Source of the DNA: Octopus bimaculoides
Taxonomy: Eukaryota
Direction: 5' to 3'
Assembly (NCBI RefSeq): GCF_001194135.2
Contig: NC_068992.1
Span: 57,965,385-58,011,894 of the forward strand
Length of the DNA: 46,510 nt
Shown: piece by piece, positions 1-11,611 of the stretch
How positions within the stretch are numbered: the stretch's first letter is position 1
Layout: each line of letters opens with the position of its first letter
Notes under the pieces: model-generated
Databases searched by the model: none
What the model was told of the DNA's origin: nothing
Seen by the model: the letters and a program-made list of their open reading frames with translations, nothing else
Program-made: the position numbers and the translations under genes

Positions 1-127
1 TAATATCTGTCTCACTGATCAAAAATTATCATATTGATATAAGCTGAGACATTATAAAATTATCAATTAACATACAATAATTTTCTTTCTTGTTTTTTTT
101 TTTTTCTTTTTTCCTTTTCTGTTTTAG

Positions 128-187
128 GACCAAGCTGCTCATTTGACAGATAAAGTGAAAGCACTGCTTGCTACTTACAATTCTGTG
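128..187 (+). CDS. DCTN3: Dynactin subunit 3 (p22/p24), penultimate coding exon, DQAAHLTDKVKALLATYNSV
   Basis: Long polypyrimidine tract and ttttag acceptor before 128; gtatcc donor at 188; 60 nt, phase 0-0. The peptide matches recalled human DCTN3 [20 protein letters not shown] and splices in frame to the 1550 exon. Confidence 0.88.
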
Positions 188-819
188 GTATCCTTTTTAT
201 ATAGAAACAGAAATGTCTTCAAAAATCAACTGATATAACATGATCAAACACTTTTTCTTCTTCTCTTCCTGCAATATTTAAAATTTCATATTCTGCTAAT
301 ATCAACGAAGCTTTTTTTTTTTTTATCGCTTATCTTCCCAACACTTGCATCACTGAGGTGAGGTACATCAAACCATTCCCATGATCCTCGTCCTATAAAA
401 TTCATTCTGTAAAATAAGCTTTGGTCTATTGTTTTTAATGCTAGACTTTTACTATGATATGTATCAGCAGACTTTAGCTGTCACTACACTCATAAATTAA
501 TTAGTTTTGTAAGACAGTCGCAGACATCTGTCACATTTTTATAACCTCAAACAAACTTAATTTTTATCATTATTTCAAAAAGATATAACTACATATGTTT
601 TAGTAGTTGATTTGTCACTATTATTCAATATCTGTCACTTCAATAATGTAGTTGATTCCTACTTATACAGAGCGGAGGAGCATTCTGTCACTTACCCAAA
701 AACATATTCCATTTTTATTCCTTGTAACCAGCCTTTTTTTTTTTTTTTTTGCCGCAAAGACCTTCTAGGTAAGAAGAAGCTGACTACTCCTCTTTACTCT
801 TTTACTTGTTTCAGTCATT

Positions 820-1096
820 TTGAAAATAATGAAGAATTTTGTGAAATAACTTTGCCATTTTTAAGCTGGTGTTTGGAACTGAAATTAACATGAAATTTTG
901 ATGGAAGGTTTTAATTTAAACCCGGCTGAAACAGGCTCTGGCTCCGTGGTACAAATGTCTTGTTTTCATAAGATTTGAATTAAAATCTTCCACCAAACCT
1001 TAATCACAATTTATGTTCCTAACACTAGCTTTATATTTAAAATAATTGAAAGAAACACAGAGCATCTCAAAATAAATACGGTAATGAAAGAGTTAA
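820..1096. mobile_element. Partial non-autonomous DNA transposon/MITE (TTAA-CCCTTT-type end), in the DCTN3 intron
   Basis: Ends in ggtaatgaaagagttaa (reverse complement ttaactctttcattacc), a piggyBac-like terminus similar to the ends at 39730 and 44531. Confidence 0.45.
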
Positions 1097-1549
1097 AACA
1101 AGACGCTTTTATCATGGAACCAGGAGTTGTTTCAGGTAGGTTGGTATCAAAATGATTAAGGCCCTAGTACTTTTAGTTTCTTATTACTGTAACCTCTTCA
1201 AAGTACTATATTTTCTGCCATACAAGCTGATGTAGTGCAAACATTTAAGCATCATCACTGTCTTTCTCCAAACCCTGCTGCATTTCACATGGAATTTTTG
1301 GTCCTCCAAGCACATCTGAATGTGTAAGTCAGCCAGCCTTTTTTTGGCTGTAAATTTTGGCCTGAAAAATTCAACTTGCAATTTGGAATATATATGGTAC
1401 CTGAGATCTCATGTCACCTTATTCTCATAGCCTCTTTACTTTTAATGATATAATTATGTAATTCTTTCAATATGCAATTATTATTATTTTTTTTTTTTTT
1501 CCAGTCAGGTTCATTGTTTCAGTTATAAGCCTTAAATCAAATCTTTTAG

Positions 1550-1639
1550 ATCACCACCCTTTCTAAACAGTTTGTTGTTTGGGACCAAATGCTTACCGAT
1601 CTGGAAATCCAGGCAAAACCAGTAAAGAAAGCTGATTGA
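1550..1639 (+). CDS. DCTN3: Dynactin subunit 3, terminal coding exon, ITTLSKQFVVWDQMLTDLEIQAKPVKKAD*
   Basis: tcttttag acceptor, phase 0, TGA at 1637-1639. Matches recalled human C-terminus [29 protein letters not shown]. Too short for the ORF track. Confidence 0.92.
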   Translation: MTTLSKQFVVWDQMLTDLEIQAKPVKKAD

Positions 1640-1733
1640 AATATTAAAATTGGGAAAACGTTTTTTTTTTAAATTTTTTTTTTTGCATTTTCTTTTTCTG
1701 CACTTAAAGCTTATCTGTGTATATGTGTTTTTG

Positions 1734-1786
1734 AGAGAGAGAGAGAGATGATGAAAATTAAGAGACTTGATAAAAAGTAGTGAGGT

Positions 1787-1849
<63 letters not shown>

Positions 1850-1995
1850 AATAAAGAAGGAACAAGGGGAAAGAGAGCTAACAGAAAGGAAGAGTAAAAC
1901 TAAAAGAGAGAGAGAGAGAGATGGGGAAAAAGTTTCATAGTAAGTGTTAAAAGTATTTAAGAGATTTACAATAAGAAATTATGAATGGGACTTGT

Positions 1996-2026
<31 letters not shown>

Positions 2027-2044
2027 GAAGACAGAGAGAGAGAG
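1734..2044. repeat. Interrupted (GA)n/purine microsatellite just 3' of the DCTN3 stop
   Basis: Directly visible. Confidence 0.95.
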
Positions 2045-2195
2045 CTATGTAATTATTTAATATCTCATATCATTAGGCTGAAATAATAGACTACTTTCGT
2101 TAACTTTGTTGAGTTTCCTTTTAAAATGAAAGCTCTAAAACTGGCACCAATATTGCACCAGCTTCATTATACATTTATTACTGTTCTTATGATAT

Positions 2196-2398
2196 AAGGT
2201 AACAGTGGCAGATTAACAGATTCTGGACAAAATGCCATCCAGTATATCTTGCTGCGCTGAGGTCCACTTTGCCTCTCGTCCCTTCGGTGGTTGATGAAAT
2301 AAAGTACCAGCCGAGTACTGATGGTGGGGGTTACTGTAACTGACTTCCCCACTCCCTCCTCCAAATTTCAGGCCTCATGCCTATGTTAGAAATTATTA
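2196..2398 (+). mobile_element. SINE family B (body GCCTTTCATCCTTTCGGGGTCGAT..AAGTACCAG), diverged copy
   Basis: Similar to the near-consensus copy at 43660-43860. Confidence 0.65.
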
Positions 2399-2559
2399 CT
2401 TAGAGCAGTCACTTGCTTACGAGCATTGGCCATTGACACAATTTTCTTGGACAGTCCTACCCCAGGTCTTGTTGGGTTTAGTGTTGTCATTGATGCTTCT
2501 GTTACTACTTTTTGTTTTCAGGTAAAGGTGTTGGCCCTATGCAAACCCATTTTTACCTG

Positions 2560-2710
2560 TGCAAAGAGATGGTCCCTCTTAGTCTGCCCTCTGTCCTTTG
2601 ACCTGTCCAGCATGGGAGGCCCTATCAGGAACTTGTGCACTGCTGGCATAGTGCTCAGTGTCATTGAGGCATACAAGCCTCCACGCAACAAACAAGGACT
2701 GGACCTTGTA
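2560..2710 (+). mobile_element. Probable 5' UTR fragment of an RTE-clade LINE
   Basis: tgtcctttgacctgtccagcatggg..ccctatcagga...gcatagtgctcagtgtcattgaggcatacaagcctcc resembles recalled RTE 5' ends. No database check. Confidence 0.4.
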
Positions 2711-2799
2711 ATGGATGAAGAGCAGTGGATCGATAGAACCATTACAGCATTGGAGAAATTACCTTGTGGTATTTGTTCCAGCCTTATATATACCAAGTT

Positions 2800-3040
2800 C
2801 AACTCCCACTAAGGTCAGCTTTTCCTTTCATCATTTCAGATTAAATTTAAAAAATTAAATATTAGTCAAGTACAGTGGGGATCGATTGAACTGAGTAACC
2901 CCTCCTGCCATCAAAATTGCTGGCATTGTGCCTAGATTAGAATCTATTATTATTATTGTTATTCATTCGGGGTTGATAAATCAAGTACCAGGGAAACAAT
3001 GGGATCGATGTAATTGACTGGTCCCCTTGGATTTGTATTG
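2800..3040 (+). mobile_element. SINE family B fragments (two partial copies)
   Basis: aaggtcagcttttcctttcatc, ggggatcgat, ggggttgataaatcaagtaccag motifs. Confidence 0.6.
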
Positions 3041-3944
3041 TCTTTGCTGCAAATAAAGAAAAGATTACTATTCTTATATTATGTCCACAAAAGGTGGAAG
3101 TAAATTATTATTTGTACTGTGGAATAAATATGTTAAAGCTTTTATATCGTTGTTGTTGTTTTTATATTGTTTCTGTGTGTGTGTTTAGCAATGCACATGA
3201 CTGCAAGTAGCCAGTGAATGCTTTGCATAAAAGGAAGCTTAATATCTACAACTATTAATGTTGATGTTAATGTTGCTGTCTCTCCTCCATACTGTAAACT
3301 CTCTTTCTGTAGCATAAAGCCACTTTCCTCGATATTGCAGCCCCTCAGTTGAAGGGTTCTTGTCTTGTGTGTTACATGGTTATCGTATTGGTGCTGGGGC
3401 CCTGTAAAAAGCACCCAGTGCAATTACTGTGAAGTAATTGGTGTTGAGAAGGGCATCATCCAGCCATTGATATGTCATGCCAAAACAAACATTTCATGGG
3501 AAACGTCATGCAAACAAGATCCATTCTAATACTCAATCTCAGATCAGAAACTCCAATCATTGTCTTGTCACTGAAATTGTGATCTAATTCATTGTAATCA
3601 CTGACATCCTTGAGAGAGAAAACATGACCACCATGCAATCTCTCTCCTCCTTCATTCTTGCATAATCCAAGGCTTTCCACTTATATAATAAATCAATACA
3701 GTTCCAAGTTCCACAAGATTTTAATAATGTATATCTGACTGTTATTAACCTGAGGCTATGGAGAAGAATCTTAATGCATTTATTTTCAAATTTGATTGAA
3801 ACTTTGGAAACAGCAGACAAATATTATTTTCCCTTCATTTTCTTCCAGACATTCTTTCTGACTGCAATCTTTTTATAAACTGTTTTATTAACTTATTTAT
3901 ACATTCATCATTCTAATTTTAGCCATTTTGCTTTATTTTTATCT

Positions 3945-4070
3945 GTCTAAGCTATCTATCTATCTATCTATCTATCTGTCTATGTATACATATCTCTCTA
4001 TCTATCTATCTATACATACATACATACACATCTATCTATCTATCTGTCTGTCTAACTATTTTTACTATCT
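3945..4070. repeat. (TATC)n/(TACA)n compound microsatellite
   Basis: Directly visible. Confidence 0.9.
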
Positions 4071-4314
4071 TTCTGTGTACCCCATCCACTTCATCTCTTT
4101 TCCCTTATATATGTGTGTGTGAGTGTAAATTATTAGTAGTATGTATATGTAATATATGGCCGCAGCTCTAAGCTGAAACTATAAACAAGTAAACGTGTGT
4201 GTGCTTGTGTGTGATGAAGATGAGTACCAGCATTCTTATGTGGCAGGCTTGATAGTTGTTGAAAGATTTCTCTTTACATGAAACCATTTGTAGCTTTGTT
4301 AACCCACAAATAAA

Positions 4315-4358
<44 letters not shown>

Positions 4359-4454
4359 CTGTGTGCGTGCGTATACACATATATAAAGGGACTGCGAGTT
4401 GCGGCGATTTGCTGTACTCGAGAAGACACATCAAGCTAAGTAAAATCACAGACA

Positions 4455-4705
4455 TCCATACATACAGGCTGGTCCTTCAGAGGTGCCAGTGCTACATGAA
4501 ATGCACTCATGGCGATGCAGTGAAAATGCACCCATGCCAGAAGCATATAAAAAGGACCCAACACACTCTGTAAAGTGGTTGGCATCAGGAAGGGCATCCA
4601 GCTGTAGAAACCATGCCAAATCAGACAACTGGAGTCTGGTGCAGCTAGCCAGCTCCTCTCGAACCTTCCAACCCATACCAGCATGGAAGATGGACATTAA
4701 ATACT
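4455..4705 (+). mobile_element. SINE-like family C (GGAAGGGCATCCAGCTGTAGAAAC...AACCCATGCCAGCATGG..GTTAAA(TGA)n)
   Basis: Matches more than 10 other copies in the window. Confidence 0.8.
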
Positions 4706-4724
4706 CAATACTTAAATATTTCAT

Positions 4725-5018
4725 CATCATTCATCATTTAACATCCATAGTCTATGCTGGCATGGGGTGGATGGTTTGACCAAGGCTGGTAAGCTGAGGG
4801 GCTGCATCAGACTCCAGTCTGATTTGGAATGGTTTCTACAGTTGGATGCCCTTCCTAACATCAACCACTCTGAGAGTGTAATGGGTGCTTTTATGTGCCA
4901 CTAATATGAGTGCCAGTTGTGTGACACTAGTATCTGCCACAACTGGCTTGATGGGTCTTCTTCTCAAGCACTTGGTCATTTGTCATTGCCTCCATGAAGC
5001 CCAACACTCAAAAGGTGC
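4725..5018 (-). mobile_element. SINE-like family C, tail-to-tail with the previous copy
   Basis: Reverse complement of the family C consensus. Confidence 0.8.
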
Positions 5019-5442
5019 TTATACACACACACACACACACACACACACAGGATATTAGATGACGGCACAGTTAAGAAATACTTCATGGTTTTCAGAGATG
5101 GAAGATATTGGAAAAATGAAAAAAAACAGTGAGCAGTTGCCATATTTTTTCCATACCTACCATCTCTGAGGAACACATGGTATTACTTAACCATGCTGTT
5201 CTCTAACATCCACTTATCATACCCATGGCAAAACTGATTGGCAAGATTAACTGTAATGGATCTGTAATACTGTATACCTTGGTTAACATACTCAGTCTAC
5301 TGATAAGTATACGAGTGTATATTCTTCCTGAGTTATGGATTCCTAGATAACTACATAGGTACATGTATATAATATATATATATTTATATACACGCACATA
5401 TATGTGTGTGTGTGTATCTGTCTATCTATCTATCTCTCTCTC

Positions 5443-5491
<49 letters not shown>

Positions 5492-5504
5492 GTATATATA
5501 TATA

Positions 5505-6205
5505 NNNNNNNNNNNNNNNNNNNNNNNNNNNNNNNNNNNNNNNNNNNNNNNNNNNNNNNNNNNNNNNNNNNNNNNNNNNNNNNNNNNNNNNNNNNNNNNN
5601 NNNNNNNNNNNNNNNNNNNNNNNNNNNNNNNNNNNNNNNNNNNNNNNNNNNNNNNNNNNNNNNNNNNNNNNNNNNNNNNNNNNNNNNNNNNNNNNNNNNN
5701 NNNNNNNNNNNNNNNNNNNNNNNNNNNNNNNNNNNNNNNNNNNNNNNNNNNNNNNNNNNNNNNNNNNNNNNNNNNNNNNNNNNNNNNNNNNNNNNNNNNN
5801 NNNNNNNNNNNNNNNNNNNNNNNNNNNNNNNNNNNNNNNNNNNNNNNNNNNNNNNNNNNNNNNNNNNNNNNNNNNNNNNNNNNNNNNNNNNNNNNNNNNN
5901 NNNNNNNNNNNNNNNNNNNNNNNNNNNNNNNNNNNNNNNNNNNNNNNNNNNNNNNNNNNNNNNNNNNNNNNNNNNNNNNNNNNNNNNNNNNNNNNNNNNN
6001 NNNNNNNNNNNNNNNNNNNNNNNNNNNNNNNNNNNNNNNNNNNNNNNNNNNNNNNNNNNNNNNNNNNNNNNNNNNNNNNNNNNNNNNNNNNNNNNNNNNN
6101 NNNNNNNNNNNNNNNNNNNNNNNNNNNNNNNNNNNNNNNNNNNNNNNNNNNNNNNNNNNNNNNNNNNNNNNNNNNNNNNNNNNNNNNNNNNNNNNNNNNN
6201 NNNNA
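5505..6205. other. Assembly gap (N)
   Basis: N run preceded by an (AT)n/(TATG)n array. Confidence 1.
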
Positions 6206-6466
6206 AACATTTTCATTCTCCCTCTTCTTGAAAATTTGCTTCACAATGAAAGCCGGTTAGATAAATCTTTATTAAAATATGCTTCCAGTTTAGCATTCTG
6301 CCTTATTATTATTTTTCATTTTCCTATTATTTTTCCACGTGCGGTTAACACAACTCCACTATTTACTGACTTATATAAACAATATATGAGTATATGTATA
6401 TATATGCACATGTATGTACATACCTTCATCTACATATACATATAGATACATATCTGGGTACATGAC

Positions 6467-6501
<35 letters not shown>

Positions 6502-7319
6502 TTATATTTATTAATGAGGGTAGAAATTGATATTAATCAATTAAAACCAGTGGTCTAGCATATTAAAAATATCCGAAGATTAAAATTATATTACATACAA
6601 AAATAAGATGATTCGGCATCTATTTCTAGCATATAGGGGTCCACTTTTGCTGGTCATTCCTCTTATTTTTGTATATATTTATATATATATATATGCTCAC
6701 ACACACAAGCATGCATATTCAATATTTGTCTTCAAATTGTCTAACCAGCTGACTTAGCCATCAAAACTTTTCCCTATATTTCTCCAATTCCCCCTCTCTC
6801 ACACACTCTCTTACTCTCTCTCTGTTTCTGCTTCTTTTTCTCATATTCCTCCTCTTTTCCTTTTGTTCTCTGTATCCATTTCTTTTAACATTTGTTTGTT
6901 TGTTTCATTTTCTTCTTTATATATCCTTATCATTCATTCCACTTTGCTGTTCATTCCACTCTTTTCCTTCTTCAAAACTTGTACATAATATATTGTCTGT
7001 GATTTATCAGCTCAAATATATATATTCTTGCATCAGCAATGGCAACAAATACCTCACTAATATACAGCATGAGGTCTGCATTCACTTACTTATCAAAACG
7101 GTAAATTCTTCTTTTATTATTAAGATTTCTGAAAATATTTATTTTATGCAAATCTGCCAGTTTTCTAAGCTTCCACATTTCATCTAGACAGCATCGTGAT
7201 CTTGGGATTAACTCTATCTGTGTAACCTCAGATGTTAAGTGATGCTAGTCAGTTCGCTGGTTGCTTACATTTATTTTTCTTGAATTGGATATCAATGCTT
7301 TTCTTTCGTTGGCTTCAGT

Positions 7320-7605
7320 TGATGCCGTTGTTGCTGTTGCTGCTGCTGCTGCTGTTGTTGTTGTTGTTGTTGTGGTACTGGTGGTGGTGGTGGTGGTTAT
7401 TGTTCAGCCCTGACCCAGCAGACATATTGTGAAAAACATCTCATCCTTACCAGCATCATCATCATCCTCATCATCATCATCCTCATTATCATCATCATCA
7501 TCATCATTGTTGTCATCATCATCGTCGTCGTCATTGTCGTCATCATCACCATTGTCATCATCGTCGTTGTGATCATCATCATCCTCATCATCATTGTCAT
7601 CACAG
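7320..7605. repeat. Compound triplet array (CTG/TTG/GTG then CAT/CGT)
   Basis: Directly visible. Confidence 0.9.
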
Positions 7606-7686
7606 CTTTTTGGATCCAGGCGAAACCATTATGGCAGAGAAGTACTGTCAGCAAATGAATGAAAACTCCAACAACAACAGCCAGCA

Positions 7687-8092
7687 TTGGTCAGTAGAAA
7701 AGGACCAATTCTTCTCCACAACATTGCTCAGCTGCACGTTGCACAACTGACCCTGCAGAAGTTGAACGAATTGGGCTACAAAACTCTTCCTCATCTGCCA
7801 TACTCACCAGAACTCTCGCCTACTGACTACCACTTTTTCAAGCATCTCGACAACTTCCTGCGTGAGAAATGTTTCAAAAACCAAGACCATGCCAAACACA
7901 CCTTCAACGACTTCATCGCCACCAGAACGCAGGATTTTTACGCTACTGGCATAAATAAACTTGTTTCATGTTGGCAAAAGTGCGTTGGTTCTGATGGTGT
8001 TTATTTCGATTAATAAAGTTTTGTTTGAGCTGAGATATGTGCATCTGAATTTAAAGGTTAAAAACTGCAAGAACTTTCTTGATGACCTAATA
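7687..8092 (+). mobile_element. 5'-truncated mariner (Tc1/mariner, Hsmar1/cecropia-like): transposase C-terminus, 3' TIR and TA
   Basis: ORF 7687-8013 has PILLHNIAQLH (HDNARPH-like), LPYSPELSPTDYHFFKHL and KLVSCWQKCV..DGVYFD. The end reads TTAGGTCATCAAGAAAGTTCTTGCAGTTTTT on the reverse strand, with TA at 8091-8092. Confidence 0.92.
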
Positions 8093-8809
8093 CATTACAG
8101 AGTTACACTATTACAAAAATTGTTCTTCATTTTAAAAGGTTATATAATTATGATAAAAGAGAAGCTATATTTAAACTATGCAAGAGATCAACTTTGTTAG
8201 AAAAATGTGCAGGTGAGTTCAGTATATAGGTTAGTCCTTTTGTTTAAATTGTTCAATATTTCATTCAAAACCTCCCATCATGATATTATTGGAGGATTTG
8301 TCTGTTAAGTTATATTCCAAACAACTGCTTAATATATTAATCGATAAACTTCATTATTTTAACTAAGGCCTCCAAAATTCATGATTACTTCAAAAATTAA
8401 TTGAAATATAGACATTGTATGCCAGGAGAAATGCAATCATGAAAAGATTAATGAACCAACTCTACTTTAAATAGTATTAATTATATCAACCTCTTAGATC
8501 ATCTCTCTCTCCAGCCCACTCTCCAACAATCCCCTCTCTCTCCTGTTCACCCCAACATAATTCTACTTGCTAGAGCTTGCTTTGTAGTCTAACAAGTAGT
8601 TCCAGTCATACTCCATGCTTCAATGATTGCTTAGCAATATATAAGTGCACATAGCTATATAAAGAATTTCTCCAACAATGCAATGTAAATGTCCAAATTT
8701 TGCCAAAAGAACTATTTCATATATAAGAACACAGTTGGCTAAATCGATAGAACATATCTTAGACCAGCAGACAATCAGTCAACAGTTTGTCATCAACATT
8801 AATAGGTGA

Positions 8810-8965
8810 AAGCAAGGCGGTGTGCTTAAGAACATTGCTTCTCAATCCCATGGTTTCAAGTTCAGCCCCACTCCATGGCACCTTGAATATTTTCTACTAT
8901 AAACACAGGCCAACCAAAACCTTGTGAGTGTATATGGTAGAAACTGAAAGAAGTCCATTATACGT
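8810..8965 (+). mobile_element. SINE family A 5' half, diverged
   Basis: catggtttcaagttcagcccca..tggcacctt..ctactata..ccttgtgagtg..aaactgaaagaag. Confidence 0.7.
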
Positions 8966-9039
8966 ATACATGTATAGATGTGTGTGTGTGTGTGTATATA
9001 TATTATATGTATATGTGTGTATGCTTGGGTCTATTTGTT

Positions 9040-9245
9040 ATGACATCATGTGGTTGTTGTAAATGAATGTTATTCATTTCCAGTATTCTGCAAAAATATG
9101 TCAGACCACGGGGAAATATTATCTTGATCAGAAACAGGAGAGGGGAACCAGCTGGAGAAGAACCTTTGTTCAATAACCTCTGTTCAACCTGCCTAAGTAA
9201 GCATGGCAAAATGGACATTAAAACGACAACAACAACAACGACGAG
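9040..9245 (+). mobile_element. Family C-related variant SINE (same as 37530 and 37880)
   Basis: ccagtattctgcaaaaatatg..ggggaaatatta..gcatggcaaaatggacattaaaacgac. Confidence 0.55.
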
Positions 9246-9344
9246 GAGGAGGATTGCATTTGGTTTCTTGGACATGACTCTTATCTCTCACTGATCTAGT
9301 AAAGTTTTCTGTGAAAATGTACTGTAGTATGGTTTATAGTTTAT

Positions 9345-9565
9345 CATCATCATCTTCATCATCTTCATCATCATCATCATCTTCATCATCATCATCATCA
9401 TCATTTAATTCCTGCTGGCATAGGTTGGATGGTTTGACAAGAACAGACAAGCCAAGGGGTTCTGCCAAGTTTTTATGCCTGCTTTGGTATGGTTTCTATA
9501 GTGGGATGCTCTTCCTAGAGTGTACTGGGTGCTTTTTTACGTGGCACCAGTGAGGTCACCAATAT
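9345..9565 (-). mobile_element. SINE-like family C with expanded (TGA)n tail
   Basis: (TCA)n followed by the reverse complement of the family C body. Confidence 0.7.
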
Positions 9566-9744
9566 AAGGCACTCCAACTGAGTGGGATATAGACTGGAGG
9601 AATAAGAAACTATGATAGAGACAGAGGAGAATGTGTCTTGTTGAAGAAGTGTATAAATAGCTTGCTTACCTGCGAAAGAGAGAGACGTGAATTCCAGGTA
9701 CAATATGAGTATGAGACAGAATAGGAAAGAAGAGGGAAAAAGGT

Positions 9745-9897
9745 GGATGTATGGTAAGAAGCTTGCTTCCAACCACATGGTTCCGGGTTCAGTCCCAAGG
9801 CATGGCACCTTGGGAAAGTATCATCTACTATACCCTCGGGCCGACCAAAGCCTTGTGAGTGGATTTGGTAGACAGAAACTGAAAGAAGCCTGTCGTA

Positions 9898-9932
<35 letters not shown>

Positions 9933-9987
9933 TTCATTTCATTTCATTTTATCCAGTTTCAGCTCATGAGCTGTGGCCATGCTGGGG

Positions 9988-10061
<74 letters not shown>

Positions 10062-10255
10062 TATATGTATATATTTGTGTGTGTGCCTGTGTTTGCCCCA
10101 CCACCATCACTTGACAACCGAAGTTCAGCAACAGGGACCGATAGAATAAGTACTGGGCTTACAAAGAATAAGTCCTGGGGTCGATTTGTTTGACTAAAGG
10201 CGGTGCTCCAGCATGGCCACAGTCAAACGACTGAAACAAGTGAAAGAGTAAAAGG
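9745..10255 (+). mobile_element. Near full-length tRNA-headed SINE family A with internal (AT)n/(AC)n microsatellite
   Basis: B-box-like ggttcagtcc; tggcaccttgggaaagt; internal microsatellite; 3' half ending ctgaaacaagtgaaagagtaaaag. Confidence 0.9.
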
Positions 10256-10439
10256 AAAGAGAATAAGCGCACTGAAAGAAAACAGCGTGACAGATGATTA
10301 GAGATAAGGGGTGAGGTGGATGCAAAGGACATCAGTTCAGTGTAGGGGTGGGGAGTGAAGAAAATGAGGTCACATAGGAGATTGATGTAAGAGTAAGCGT
10401 CAGAAGATGAGTTTTGGGGAAGGCCTGACAGGACCTTAG

Positions 10440-10668
10440 TTCTGTTGAGAAGGACCGGTCTTCACATACACAAAATAAAGCCTTTCATCTGAGTCCCTCG
10501 TCATCTCCTCTGAGAAGCTCAACCTCTTGAGGTCAAGCTTCCCCCACTTCATTCCACAACTTCCTGGGGTCTACCTCTTCTACAGGTTCCTTCTGTGTTT
10601 AGCAATGAGTACTTCTTTATACAGCTGTCTTCATCCAACCACATCACATGACCATACCAGTAAAGTCG
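10440..10668 (-). mobile_element. RTE LINE 3' fragment (RT C-terminus)
   Basis: Minus-strand translation RLYWYGHVMWLDEDSCIKKYSLLNTEGTCRRGRP matches the RTE RLRWYGHV...GRGRP motif. Confidence 0.85.
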
Positions 10669-10972
10669 AGCGAGATCATTGCCAGTGCCCCTGGACTGGC
10701 TCTTGTGCGGGTGCCACGTAAAATACACCATTTCGAGCATGGCCGTTGCCAGTACCACCTGACTGGCCTTCGTGCCGGTGGCATGTAAAAGCACCCACTA
10801 CACTTTCTGAGTGGTTGGTGTTAGGAAGGGCATCCAGCTGTAGAAACTCTGCCAAATCAGATTGGAGGCTGGTGTTGCCATCCGGTTTCACCAGTCCTCA
10901 GTCAAATCGTCCAACCCATGCTAGCATGGAAAGCAAGCGGACGTTAAACGATGATGCTGATGATGATGATGA
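10669..10972 (+). mobile_element. SINE-like family C inserted into the RTE LINE
   Basis: Family body with hairpin units and a (GAT)n tail; interrupts RT coding sequence. Confidence 0.88.
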
Positions 10973-11224
10973 CCACATCTGATACCTCTTATGTCCAATT
11001 TTTCTTTAAACACATTTGCACTTTCTCTTACATGCACACTGACATTACACATCCATCAGAGCAAATTCGTTTCATTTCTTTCAAGTCTTTGCATATCTTC
11101 TGCATTCACCACCCAAGTTTCACAGTCATGTAACATTGCAGTGTGTACACAGACATCATACAATCTGGCTTTCATTTTGAGAGAGAGGGAGGCCTTTTGT
11201 TGCCAACAGAAGTAAAAGTTCTCT
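10973..11224 (-). mobile_element. RTE LINE RT fragment
   Basis: LLATKGLSLKMKARLYDVCVHTAMLHDCETWVVNAEDMQRLERNE...WMCNVSVH..KEKLDIRGIRCG matches the RTE K.RLY..CV...ML.GSETW motif. Confidence 0.88.
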
Positions 11225-11611
11225 TTTACTCTCTTACTTGTTTCAGTCATTTGACTGCGGCCATGCTGGAGCACCACCTTTTAGTCGAGCAAATCGACCC
11301 CATGACTTATTCTTTGTAAGCCTAGTACTTACTCTATTGGTCTCTTTTTGCCGAACCACTAAGTTACGGGAGACGTAAACACACCAGCATCAGTTGTCGA
11401 GCGATGTTGGGGGGGACAAACGCAGACACACAAACACACACACACACACACACATATATATACATATATATGACGGGCTTCTTTCAGTTTCCGTCTACCA
11501 AATCCACTCACAAGGCTTTGGTCAGCCCGAGGCTATAGTGGAAGACACTTGCCCAAGGTGCCACGCAGTGGGACTGAACCCGGAACCATGTGGTTCGTAA
11601 GCAAGCTACTT
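11225..11611 (-). mobile_element. SINE family A, 5'-truncated, with 9-bp TSD AAGTTCTCT, inserted in the RTE LINE
   Basis: AAGTTCTCT at 11216-11224 and 11612-11620; near-consensus body. Confidence 0.92.

Noticed and set aside
2426-2812. 128-aa ORF as a host gene
   Set aside because: It overlaps the RTE-like leader and SINE B fragments and resembles no protein I recognise.
5363-6445. Long ORFs at 5.4, 30.5, 35.1 and 44.9 kb
   Set aside because: Their length comes from N-gaps translated as X.
6515-6660. Possible MITE after (AT)n
   Set aside because: No second copy or terminal inverted repeats visible within the window.
9067-9294. 75-aa ORF with apparently unique N-terminus
   Set aside because: It is a diverged copy of the family C-related SINE seen again at 37530 and 37880.
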